Assembly (NCBI GenBank): GCA_028534125.1
Contig: CM052816.1
Span: 67,892,001-67,956,000 of the forward strand
DNA: 64,000 nt
Direction of reading: 5' to 3'
DNA from: Lama glama
Lineage: Eukaryota
The notes beneath the pieces were generated by a model, which had not been told where the DNA came from, searched no databases, and was given only the letters and a program-made list of their open reading frames with translations. Positions 24,240 to 36,149 of this stretch are shown in pieces (within the stretch, counting starts at the first letter, position 1; the number at the start of each line of letters is the position of its first letter). The position numbers and the translations under genes are program-made.

Positions 24240-25100
24240 ATCAGTGAGATTAAGGATAGAATTGAGAAAAATCACAAAAATGTCTAAGGAAAATGTCTGA
24301 GTTGCAAGAGACCAGAACTGAAATTATGAATGTGAAGAATAGCCAACAGAGGCCCAAGACACAGAAAATAATTCATAGATCAGAAAAGAAAAGAGAGAAA
24401 AAAAGAAAAGATTCAAAGATACAATAGAAGAAAACTTTACTAAAATAAAAGAAAACCTGAATTTTCAGATTAAAAGGGCTTATCGTGGTTTATGGTAGGA
24501 AAACTTAAGTAACAACTCACATTTCAAGAGATATTCTGGTGAAGTTAAGTAACATCAAAAAAGAAAAGGAAAAAAAATCTACAGTGTCTTCACACAAATA
24601 GTAACAGAAACAGGTCACTATCACACTTTTTCTCTCCCAGCTTTCATAAACCTCTATCCACAAAAAACAGCCAAACAATTCAGACAGATCTTAGATTCTT
24701 CAGGAGCATTTTGGAATGGAAGACAGTAGAACAATATCTATAGAATGTTAGGGAGGAAAGAGAGTCACTTAGCCGAGGTGCCCTTCTTGTCTGAGGCCAA
24801 CACTAAAATATTCTCAGAAGTGAAATTATTCATGAACCTTTCCTGGAAATTTTCTTGAAAATGTAACTCAGCCAACCAGAATAAAAATAACAACAATAAT
24901 GTAAAAAATAAAGAAACTGAATTTATAAGTGAAACAAAAGAACTGGGAATAAAAAAGCATAGCATCGATTTAGCTTTAAGAGTAAGGGCAATATTTTAAA
25001 TTGTAAGTATAGAAAATCTGATATACTGATACCTGAAATAAATACAAAGTTCGATTGAGCTGGTGGTAAAGTAAGAAGAACAATCAGAGGCCTTAAGTAG
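24240..25100 (+). mobile_element. HAL1 / old L1 ORF1 remnant
   Basis: A-rich 'ttcaaagatacaatagaagaaaactttactaaaataaaagaaaacctgaattttcagattaaaagggct' typical of ORF1. Confidence 0.65.
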
Positions 25101-25324
25101 AAGAATAATTCCGCAGGAGGATATGATCTCGGAACAGTGCCTGCCTTTTGCAACATTTGCTTATGCTGATCCCTGGTAGATTTTGCCTAGATTTTAATGA
25201 GCCAGACATTCTCAGGGGATAGGAGCAAAAACTGGAGCTTAATCAAGGTAGATTGAAGAGGTCTGCATACATTTGGGACTCCTAAAAGATGTCACCTTCA
25301 TTGATCATGAGGCAAGGAAGGACT

Positions 25325-26720
25325 ATTAAAAGTGAGTGTGGGGGCAATTGGTTATCCTTATAAAGGATAAAAAATGAAAAATGCTTTCCTTTTCATATCT
25401 TACATGAAAATCAATTCCAGATAGATTGATGACTTAAAAATTGGAAGAGAAAATTTAAGACCTTTCAGTACAAATAGACACTATCTCTATGATTTCAGAA
25501 TAGGGAAAGATTTCCTATACAAGACAAAAAGAAACTAACAATAAAGGAAATATTAATATATGTGATGCCTATAATTATGATTTATATATAATTTAATGTA
25601 ATTACATTAAACATATTTATATATTGTTTAGGAAAATACATGTGTGGTAAAACTTTAAAGAAAAGCAAAAGAATGTTTAATGCTTATTCAGTATAGGTTC
25701 CCTACAGGGCACTGAGGAGGACAGACCATGAAGGGGAGAATTGGGGCTTCAAAGGTCACAGCATAATAGAGGGGCCATTAATGTCATTTTATCATTCTTT
25801 ATTAGGTGATCTATACGTGTGTGTGTGTATACATACTCTCTATATACTTTTAATACACATGATTTTAAAATAATAAACATTTAAAAAGTAAAGCTAAAAA
25901 TTACAATAAATATGGTTACAAAGTGATCTTATTATCATAGGTTAATAAAAATACAAGTGTGTATCAAGAAAAATAATTTAGAGTAAAAAGTATCAGTAGG
26001 AAAAAATGAATGGTTTTACATTCTTGGCCTAAATGTGAAATTAAAGCAGCAATTATAAGGCGAAGACCTATGAAACAAAAATAGGCAGATTTTAAAAACA
26101 GGATACAAAGTCCAGGAACCTTCAAATACACATAGAAATCCAGTCTGTAAAAACAATAGCTCACATATACATAGTATTTACTACATATATTATTACTTGA
26201 ATTAATTCCTGATGGACCAAAAATTTAAATGTAAAGTGAGGCCATAAATATAAAGCTTCCATATAGCAAACTGTACTTTTTTTTTTTATCACTACAGACA
26301 ACAATATTTATGGTAGCTCTATGTTCGAATTCTTTTTCCTCCCCTTAGGAGACTGAGTTTAATAAAGGCATGATTCTGTCTTATTTAGACTATTCACCTA
26401 GTAATGCAGAGAGTGCCTGGCATTGGGTAGGTACTCAAAGAATATTCATTAAATTAATACATAAATGGCCAAAGTAATATAGTTTTGGTGTGGGTCAGGC
26501 CTATGAAATAGCATATGGGAAAAGAAGTTATAAAAGCAAATAATTGAAATATTTGGCATCAAAAAATAAAACTAAGCCTCTGTACAGCAGATGAAAGGCA
26601 AATGGCAAAATGTGGAAAAATGTATAGCGTTGAAATGAAAGGCAGAGTTAATATCCCTGATTTACAAAAAGCTCTTATAAATTGATAAGCAGAGAATGAA
26701 CAAAGGAATTTCACATTTAA
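25325..26720 (+). mobile_element. Old L1 (L1ME-like) ORF2/3' fragments, with an L2 tail at about 26340-26465
   Basis: 'ggggcaattggttatcc...aaaatcaattccagatagattgatgacttaaa' and 'tagggaaagatttcctatacaagaca'. Confidence 0.6.
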
Positions 26721-26749
26721 TTCTCACATATATACATACACACATATAA

Positions 26750-27230
26750 TTTGTTATTATTTCTTATGGGTCTGTGGCTTAACTGGGCTCAGCTGGGTAA
26801 TTCTTGCTTGGAGTCTTTCATGTAGTGGCAGGTAGATGTTGGCTGGGGCTGTCCATTGAAGGTGGCTCTCCTGCATGGTCAGAAGCTACTACTGGCTATT
26901 GGTTAGAAGTCCAGCTGGAGCTGTCTACCAGAGTGCCCCTGTGACTTCTTTTGAGGTTTGGGCTCCTCTTAGCATGAAGGTTGGTTTAAGAGGAAGCACT
27001 CTACCAATGAGTGTTCCATAAGATGCAGGGGATACTGCCAGCCTTTAATGGATTAGCCTCAAAAGACTTACAGCTCTGTTTCTGCCATATTTATTGTCCA
27101 GCTAGTCCCTAAGGCCAGCTCAGATTCAGAAGAGGGAATTGGAATATATAGCTTGATGAAAGAAGTAGCATGTGTGTGTGTAGGAAGGGAAGGCATTGGT
27201 GGCAGCTATTTTTGGAGAGCACTTGCCACC
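26750..27230 (-). mobile_element. MaLR LTR (MLT1F/G/H-like)
   Basis: 'actgggctcagctgggtaattcttgcttggagtctttcatg...ctaaggccagctcagattcagaagagggaatt'. Confidence 0.8.
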
Positions 27231-29756
27231 CCCACCTACCTGTTGCCTGCTTATTGAGCCACTCATGGGACAGCAGAGCTCAGATTTCCTGTCCCCAGGA
27301 AAGGTGCAAATCTGTTCTATTGGATCTTGGTTTTAAACTACTTAGTGTTCAGTGGCCATGTGATTTGTGCTTCTAACTATATTGTTTTTTTTTTCTCTTT
27401 TAATCATAATTTCTTTTTCTAAGTCAGCTTACTTCTGGCAATCTACAATGATTTACCTTTTGCAAGTGACTGGCTTTGATAGTCATCCTTAAACTCACCT
27501 GTACAGTGGAGGTGGCATTTGAGAAATGATAGCCAGCACCTGTCCCCACCCCATCCCCCCAATCCCCTTGTGAATTGTACCTTGCTGTTCTTGAGTTACA
27601 GAAAACTTCACCATATTCACATGAGGGTGTGTGTGGGTGGTTAGAGGGCCTGTCACTACACTGGGAAAACTCTTTGAATTTGAAAGACAGTTTTGCACTT
27701 ATTTGAAAGGTTTTATTTGTGAGCTTGAGCTTGTACTTTTGTGTACAAGCCCTGCCTTTGCTTAAGTCCTATTATTATCTTGCCTCAGGATGTCATGCCA
27801 ACTGCTTAATTACACAGGGAGTTATGAAACAGCGAGGGCACCAGAACATTATTCAGCTGTGGGCTCCTAAAGGAAAAGAAGCTCTTCTTGCATTGGGGAC
27901 AGCTGCCAATAAACCATGCATGTTTGTCTGCTTGTGGCCACTGGTATAGCTTCCTTGTATAAAGAGAGTCCATGGGCTGGATTCACCTTTCCTAACAGCA
28001 CCAGCAGTTATAGTATAACAGAACTGTTTTAATTCAGAGAGAGATTAAATCTGTCAGACTTTTCCTTTCATTGAGTATGAACAATGAAACCTCTCCATGA
28101 ATGTTTTTCTGCTTCACTTAGAAATAGGCCAATACATTTCATGGTATATCCATAATCAAATATCAGGCTCAATAAAAATGTATGTTTATTAAAGAGATGA
28201 TTATGTAGTTCAGGGTTCCCATAGTCCACCTGCCCCTCAACCATCTGCTTTCAGGGGTAAACTTTGTGAGCTAAGAAAACCCATGTTCAGAGAGGTGAGG
28301 GCTTTTTGTTTGGTTCAACCTGTCACATTCCTGTTGTGGTCCAGCTCTCACCTTGAGAACATATAGACTTGGCATTTCATTCATTGCCTTTGCTTTATCT
28401 GCCTTTCTGCAGAAGAGCTTGCTAATTCTAAAAAAGCTCTTTGAAAACTTAGATGCTGAAAGAAACAGAACAGAAACAGACCCTTTGAGAAAGAGCTACT
28501 CTCCTGAAGAAGTGTTTTTTCACAAGGCACTGAGATAGCCACTAACTCTTGCTCCTACAGGAAACAGCTTGCCCCGTTGCATAGTGTGGGGCCCTGTCTT
28601 ATTTCTCTAAACACTTTTGGAGGGAAAAAAATATCAGGCTTAAATGCCAAAAGACTACTTTAACCCTCAAATCCCAAAACCCAAGGTCAACTGAAGATCA
28701 CACATGCAGTGCTTAAGCCAGAAGGTTGGCAAGCTTTCCAGGCAATGTCTGTTCCTTCTGAAATCTATAGCTAAATTTGAAGCCATGGAAACACTGCTCA
28801 CTTGTTCTAAGTAAGAGGTACCTGTGATTTATTAAGTGACATGAGGTGCTGGTCAGGGCATTAAGTTAAATATTGAAAAAGACTCCTGCTCCCACCTCTG
28901 CCCCTCCTTCTTGAAACCTAATTTAGACCATATCAAAGTTTTATAAAGACATTCCTAATACCATTGTGCTGTAAATCCTGTCTGATCCAACCTTCAAATG
29001 TTTATGTAAACTGAAACATGTCTGGGAAGAAGTCAAAACAAAACAAATATGCCACACCATCTCGTTCCCCAGTTCCCTCCTCCCTCATTTACATTCAAGT
29101 ATAAACCTCTCCACTGGCTTCCAACTGTTAGGGCTGGTTAATTAGTGATAATTGCAGAGACTATTTCTTTGAATGTACTGATGGCCTTATGTCTTGCAAC
29201 CAGTTTAGCCTGGAGGGTTCAGCATGTGTGAAATGCATTGGTAGTGCTTTTTTTTTTTTTTTAATCATTACAGATAAGGGCATATGGTTTAGTCTTCCTA
29301 CAACCTGCTGTAGCAATAATGAGTGCTTTTAAACATTGGTCCCAATGTGTTTCTTAAGCTGTGAACTCAGCCTTAACTGTCATTAGAGAGAGCTTTTTCT
29401 CCTGGGATCATTTTTGGGTAAAGTGTTTTAACTTAGTTTCAGATGCAGTTTGCTAATGATAATTTGCGTCACTTGCAAGTTGTAGCAACACAGGATCTCA
29501 TGGTCTATCTTTTGGCTCATGATACCATATAATTAGAGAGAGTGGAAAACAGGAAAGAATTTTAAAGTGACTATAGTCATATTACAGTTCTGAAACCCAA
29601 GGGAAGAAAAGAGCAACCATTATTTGTGTTAATGATGGAATACTCTTATACTACTTGGAAGGTACTTGGTAACCTTTTGATATGGGAATTAAAAATGGAA
29701 GTTAATGGTTTCTGCCCTCACAAAATTGACTTGTTTATGTTACAGTGGTTTGGGGT

Positions 29757-30055
29757 TTTTTATTCATTCATCAAACATTTATTGACTACTTATACTGTGC
29801 TATGTTTAGAGAGATGAGAATAAAGAAGAGTGAATGGGGCACAGATCCTGCTTCAAGGGGTCATCTTCACATACTGTATCTTATTTGAAAATTACTATAA
29901 TCCTGTGAAGTGTGCAGCACCTGTGTTCACTATCCCATTTTACAGTGAGGAAATTGAAGGTTGGAGAGGTTAAGTGACTTGCCCGGGGTCACACAGCTAG
30001 TGAGAGCCAAGATGAGGAACCAAGGCTCTGACTCCAAACCTAGTCTTTCTTCCTT
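29757..30055 (-). mobile_element. L2 3' end followed by MIR
   Basis: 'attcattcatcaaacatttattgactact' then 'cccattttacagtgaggaaattgaaggttggagaggttaagtgacttgcccggggtcacacagctagt'. Confidence 0.85.
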
Positions 30056-30560
30056 GCATGTTGAGGTCTCAGTGGTAGGGAAATGGAGAAAATGCAAATA
30101 GGCTTGTAAAAATAAAACGACAGCCACAGCTATACTTAACCAACCTGTTTGGTGCTACACACACCAGAGCTAGATCTTCTGGGCAGGGGGAAGTGGAAAT
30201 AAATAGGGAAAACGCTGGGGTAATGGGTCCCTGAAGGCTTCACCTCAGAGCATATTCCGTGCCTCAGCTACATCCTTGCCTCACCTCACATCGCCATAAA
30301 GTGACATTGGTGGGAGAGTAACCTCTTCTGCCCTTGCTGTGCTCTTGTCTAGATTGCATTGAGCAAAGCTTTGAAGGGAATGGAGTTTGGGTGGCCAGGA
30401 CATTGCAGATGAAGTGAGTGGCATGTGAGACTTTAGTGGAAGACGATGACAGATGACTTTCTTGTCTTGAGCAGAGCTGGACTGAAGCAAGAAATGGGGG
30501 AAGTTTTAGGAGTACTGCCCAGAGTGGTAGTGCTGGTGGTGACAGCTCTGTGACCAGGAT

Positions 30561-30711
30561 CAGGGCTGGTTTCATAGGCATACAACCTATGCAGACAGCA
30601 CTTAAGGGTTGATGCTCTGCTGTTACCATCTTGAAATTCTTACAATTTTTGAGTAAGGGGCCTAACATTTTCATTTTGTACTGAGCCCTGCAAGTTATAT
30701 AGGCTGTCCCG
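30561..30711 (+). mobile_element. MER45A-like hAT MITE
   Basis: 'cagggctggtttcat...gctctgctgttaccatcttgaaattctta...ttttcattttgtactgagccctgcaa'; degenerate 8-bp TSD accaggat/accaggtg. Confidence 0.8.
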
Positions 30712-31075
30712 ACCAGGTGTTTTACTTCATTATTTATGCTGCTTCAGTGTTTGAGTATTAGATCAATATTAGTATTATTGAGTATTAAACCAGTTTCAGT
30801 ATTAGACCAGTATTGAAAATTAGAGAGAGACCACTAATACTCTTGAGGCTGCATGTTGGATCAACTGGAGAAGGTAAGGATGAAAGAGGGAAGAGGGACA
30901 CATTTTTCGTATACATCATTTGACACGAAATAACCTCAGCTTGGTGGAACAACAGGAGGGAAAGTACAGTAAAAGTACTTGATTTCTGGTTTTGTTTAAA
31001 CCTAACAAGCTGTAGCAGTGTATCTATAGACAGAAGAGAAAAGCACTGAATTGATTTATTTGACCTATGCTTTTC

Positions 31076-31253
31076 TTTATTTTTTTTTAAATTGAAGTCA
31101 GTTTACAACGTTGTGTCAATTTCTGGTGTATAGCATAGTGTTTCAGTCATACATATACATACATATTCCTTTTCATATTCTTTTTCATTATAGGTTACTA
31201 CAAGATATTGAATATAGTTCCCTGTGCTATACAGTATAAACTTATTGTTTATG
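31076..31253 (-). mobile_element. Short L1 3' end with TSD
   Basis: L1 3' motif; TSD cctatgcttttc (31064-31075) / cctatgcatttc (31254-31265). Confidence 0.9.
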
Positions 31254-31393
31254 CCTATGCATTTCATATCGTGTGGTTCAATGTCCAGTATAAATAGAGA
31301 CTTCTTACGCTGAATCCCTTGAGTTTCTGAGGTATCAGAGGAGTTGCATAGAATGAAATGCAAGAGATACTTAAGAGTTCTACAGAATAGACA

Positions 31394-31883
31394 TTTATTT
31401 ATTTATTTATTTCCATAGAAAACACATATAATTTATTAGATGGACTTAAAAATCAACACAAACCAATTTTAGGCACTTCTTGAGTACAGACTATGGGAAT
31501 TTTCTACCAAAGAACAGAATATCTAGCAGGCAAGACCTTAAAGATTTAAACTTCAGTTCTTAGAATAATACACAAAGGCTAGACAACTGATAAGAAATAT
31601 TGCATAATTTACCCAACTGTATCCTCTTACAATTTCATAATTCCACACACAATTTTAGGGCTTAATGGAAGCAGTCACACTTTAGCATTCAAAGTTTTAA
31701 AATTCTTTCTTTCCTTTACTCTACCATTCTGGTCTTAATATTATCATATATTCTTAGAGGGAGCATAATATAGCGGTTTCATTTTTGAACAAGTGTGACA
31801 TTAAAAAAGTATTTTCTATATTATGCCTGCATCTACACAGTGTCAATGCATGATGATTAATACTTTTGATATCTTTTAAAGTC
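31394..31883 (-). pseudogene. Probable 5'-truncated retrocopy of an unidentified mRNA 3' end
   Basis: (TTTA)n tail 31394-31412, AATAAA on minus at 31432-31437, flanking direct repeat cagaataga (31383-31391 / 31884-31892); body resembles no repeat I know. Confidence 0.65.
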
Positions 31884-32104
31884 CAGAATAGAGTTTTAGA
31901 TCAAGACACATGTAGAGAAAAATCTGAGAGATTTATTCAGATATTGGAGACTTAAGGGGTAAGGCAGATATTTATTTTCAATTAATAGACAGTAGACATT
32001 GTTTCACATTTGTAAATTTTCTTAGGAAAGAGTTGGCTGATGACAGTGGTAATAATGATGATGAAGATGATGAAATAACAGCAACTGCAAGAACAGCCAC
32101 AGGT

Positions 32105-32360
32105 TCTGTTTAGTGAGTGTTTACTATGTGTTCACCTGTAGTGTTTATTATGTGTCAGGGTTGAAGTAGTTTTCAAGTATTAACTCACTTAATGCTCACT
32201 GTTGTTATGAGGTATGCACTCATATTATCATTCTAGTTTGACAAGTAAGGAAACAGGTACACAGAGTCAAAGAGCTTTGCTCGAGGATGCACAGCTGGTA
32301 TTTGCGGTTGGATTTGAGTGGGTTGTCTGGGTACAGCACCTAATCTCTAAACTGAGCTAT
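32105..32360 (-). mobile_element. MIR SINE
   Basis: 'tattaactcacttaatgctcac...aaggaaacaggtacacagag...tgctcgaggatgcacagctggta'. Confidence 0.75.
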
Positions 32361-33435
32361 TTTGCTCCCCATGTTCTTCTGTTGATGCTTTTCCCAACAG
32401 ATGAAAATATATGTAAAAAACATTTTCCTGTGGTTTCAACTGTGATAACTGAAGTCTTCATGAACTCTTGTCCCACCACCAGCTGGTGCAGGGAAGGGGT
32501 GAAAAAAGGTAAATTAGGGTCCTTGCTGATGTGGATTTTGATCGTACTGAGCAGCTTGAGAGGAGGCCACCAGGACTGAATGGGGATCTGTGAGATGTTA
32601 TCATTTTTCTTGTTGACTCTCTTCTCCCCATAAAGTTGCTTGGAGTGGTGGGGGGTCACCCTTGTGAGTCAGAAGACAGTCATGGCTGACTTGTCCCAGG
32701 TGGTTAAGGAGGGACCTATTGAGTTCTTTGTGACTCATCAGTGTTCTCTAAGTGGGGAATCAGGAAATAGCAGGTGCATCCAAATTGATGAGGCCCACTC
32801 AGGAGTCAGACCCTGCCACTTACAGATTTCAAAGGAGCTGCCTTTTCCTCATCTGTTTTAGGACTCTGCTGTGTAGGTAGGTCCTCTTAACAGGCTAATG
32901 TTCTTTAAATGGGTGCAGAATGTACCTTTATTGATTTTTCTGTTGACTATTGCTCTATCATCCAGTTCAGTCAACTTAGCTTTGCACCACTCCATATAAA
33001 GAAACAAGTATTGAATTTCACTCAGTTCCATTTTAGGCTTATCTTGACCCTTATCCGTATGGTCTCATAACTTGCAGTAGGTATTCAGCATTTAAAATGC
33101 AGGCTTTTAAGTGGAATGTTTATTCAGTCTCCTTAGGTACTAAAGGAAAGATTGGCAGTCCAAACAGATTTAAAACAAAGAGAAAGAGTCAAAACAAATT
33201 TGAATAATTGTTTGTTTGTGACTGATGTCTTTAGCTTAGACACTCAAAAAGTGCTTAGAAGTCACTGACTTCTTAACAGATTTGTTTTTTGAAATAGGAG
33301 GTGTTTAGGGTGAGATTGTGCTCCAGCTCACCAAGCTGCTACTGCTTGGGACCTCCATTCTTGTCCTACTTTGAGATCAGTTCTTTTCGCAGTGTAAAGT
33401 TAGCAGGTTTGAAAAAAGTGAGTGTCTCTAATCCT

Positions 33436-33870
33436 TTGTCTTAGGTGGAAGCAGACCCTGAGAAGAGAATTCATGTGCAAACAGTTTAGTAATAAAGTGT
33501 TCTAAAAAGAAGCTAGGAAGGGATGGGGGAAGCAGGACAGGTAAGGCAGAAAAGCTAAGCATGCATGTGACTTCACGTGAGGACCCATCCTTAGCTTGGT
33601 CCCAAGAGGAGTGCTGAAGTCTAAATTATACTGCAGAGTTTGTCCTAGCTTAGGACAGGAGAGCTGGGCTTTCACTCTTCTGCATCAGGCAGTCATTAGC
33701 CTTGAACCCTGGGTGGCAGGAATGTAAACTCCCAGGCACTTCTGCTCTGGGTGCTTCCAGACCAAGAGATACTGGCAGCTCAAGGCAGGTCTCTGGAGAA
33801 GACTGCAAGTGAGAGCAGAGGGAGTGAAGCATGCAGAGCTGAGTGATAAGCACGTAGTTTCAGGTGGAGC
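33436..33870 (-). mobile_element. ERVL LTR (LTR16 family)
   Basis: 'tgtcttagg..gaagcagaccctgagaagagaattcatgtgcaa' is the reverse LTR16 3' end. Confidence 0.75.
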
Positions 33871-35520
33871 ACAGCAGAATTTGCTATAGACCTTATTCCT
33901 CCAAGCGTGAATTCTGGAGGATGAAGGCATGTTTGTTCCTAGGTCGCATGGAGGGGAGGTATAGCATGGAGCTCTTTCAGAGGAAGAATAGTTCTTCCAG
34001 GGGAGGAATAGACAAATGTGCTTGGAAGCATGAAAGAAAATGGAGATCTCCTGAAATCATGAAGGCAACAGGGTTTGGGGTGCATCTCCAAAGTAGGAGG
34101 ACCAGTGCTCTGCTAGTTCCTGGTAGCTCAGAGAGGTGGTAGGACCACTAATTGAAAGTCTGCCAGTTTTCATCAAGGCTCCCAGCCTTGGCACAGAGGC
34201 AGTACAGCTACTTGTTTTCAGTGGTTAATGAACATCTCAGGGCTAACCACAATGGAGAAAATCTAGAGGCTCTTCCAACATTTTCTGGACACAAGTCAAC
34301 CTCCTGATTGCCCTGGATGGAGAGGGAGAGATCCAGAATAGGATTTCTGATCCCATTTTGGGTCTGAGAATTTTTGACGAGATCAAGGTATGTCTGTAGC
34401 ACTGTACATTGATCCCTAGAAAATCTCAGGTGAGCCCCTGTAACTATAGCCACTGCTTTCAGCAAGTGGGACTCACAGAGTTTATGCAGAACGTAGCTAA
34501 TTTCTTTTCTTCCCAGTGTCCCTTCAAGCCCATCTCAAGGGCTGGACCCTCCTTGAGAAGTACTCTGGTCACTCCTAGTCAGAAAAACAGTCTCAGTTTA
34601 GTAATTATTATGCCCAGTCCAATGTAATAAGGAAAAATGTATACTTCCTTCAAAGTTAAACTTCTCCCTAGCACCTCCACCCCACCCTAAACTGAAACCT
34701 GCATTGGACAAGGAGAACAGCTGCTTCTCCATTGTGATGCCTTGTGTTTCTCACCCGTTCTTATCCAGTCTCTAGGCTGCCTCTGGTTCCTTCTGGGTTG
34801 AAGGAAGGAAAAGAGGGAAGGAAGCAGGAAAGTTCTTACTAAGTCTCTGGTTTGGAGCAGGGAGTCCAGAAGAGTCAGGAAGGCAGGACCTGGGCAAAAA
34901 GGACAAGAAGCCACACCCCATGCCTTCATTTTCACTCTTCTCCATCCACAGTCTTCCAGTATAGGAATTGCAGGATGGAATCCTGTGTACCTAGTCAGCT
35001 GGCAGCCTCCCGAAGCCCGAGATGTGCACCTCTCCTTCTGTTCTTCCCTATCCCTCTCCCCATCGGCCCCAATTATGTTGTTCATGGAACCTCTTCCAGA
35101 TCTAAGAAACTAATTGTGAAATACCTTTGTGATTACAGTTTATACATTTAATTAGAAGTGGGGAATTAAGCTCCCAAACACCACAAAACGAAAGCTTGAG
35201 ATCCTCCTAACAAAACCTCAGCTTTCCACGAATGTGGGCTGACTCATCTATCTGTCTTTCACTCCCCAGCCCTGTCTTTCATGCTGAAGTCATCCACTTT
35301 CTTCACCTGGACTTGGAAAGCTGCTGAGGTCTGGTTCAGCTTCATTCCAAAGTTGTCTATCAAAAGCAGGGACATGGAAAGTAACTGCCTGTCACAGGAA
35401 AAATAAGATAAGGGCATATTTGTTGAGTTTGGAGGTCTTACAATGACTGTTAATACCTTGTTTCTACTGATGAGAACAGACTAAAAATGCGCAATTTATG
35501 TTTTAATTTTTAATTGTTTC

Positions 35521-35614
35521 ATTATTATTATTTTTTAACAGGAGTCCTGGGGATTGAACCCAGTACCTTGTGCATACTAAGCAGGTACTCTACCACTGAG
35601 CTATACCCTCCCCC
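35521..35614 (-). mobile_element. tRNA-derived SINE (camelid Vic-1-like)
   Basis: Reverse strand reads ggggagggtatagctcagtggtagagtacctgcttagtatgcacaaggtactgggttcaatccccagg, with A/B boxes and an A-rich tail. Confidence 0.88.
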
Positions 35615-35874
35615 CTACACTTTTAAATATGAGGCAGAAGGAGTATCTTGCTCTTGTGATTTATTTTAAATGTATCTAGAAAACAGGATGATATTGAAAT
35701 ATGTGACTTATTTCCTTCTATGAATTGAGATAAAATGGTTCTAATTTTCTTGCTGTTTTCCTGGCTTTAGGACCCTATGAGAGAATGTTTCTTCTCTTGC
35801 TTTTGGTGGGAATTGGATGTTTGTCGATTTAGCATATGTTTAAAATATTTGGCTTTGGAAAACTGCACTGATAG

Positions 35875-36118
35875 CCTTTTCCCTCTAGTCAAAATTAATC
35901 TCATCTTCCTCTGGCTCTCATAGCTTGTGTCTCTGATACAACACTTCTCATATTCTACTTTATTCCATGGTGACTTATATTTCTGTTTTTCTCACACATC
36001 AAATCTAAAGTTCTATGTGGGGAAGAACTATATCTCAGATGTCTTTGTGTTTACCTGAGTCTAGTCTAGTACATTATATAGCCCAGGCATTCAATATATG
36101 TTACATTAAATTGAATTC
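35875..36118 (+). mobile_element. L2 3' end
   Basis: 'ctaaagttctatgtgggga...tctttgtgtttacctgagtctagtctagtac...caggcattcaatatatgtt'. Confidence 0.6.
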
Positions 36119-36149
36119 TGAAAGATCACACAGAGAAGGGGGAAGTCTG

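Noticed and set aside
35521..35614. tRNA gene
   Set aside because: A/B boxes are present, but the A-rich tail and a second TSD-flanked copy show it is a SINE
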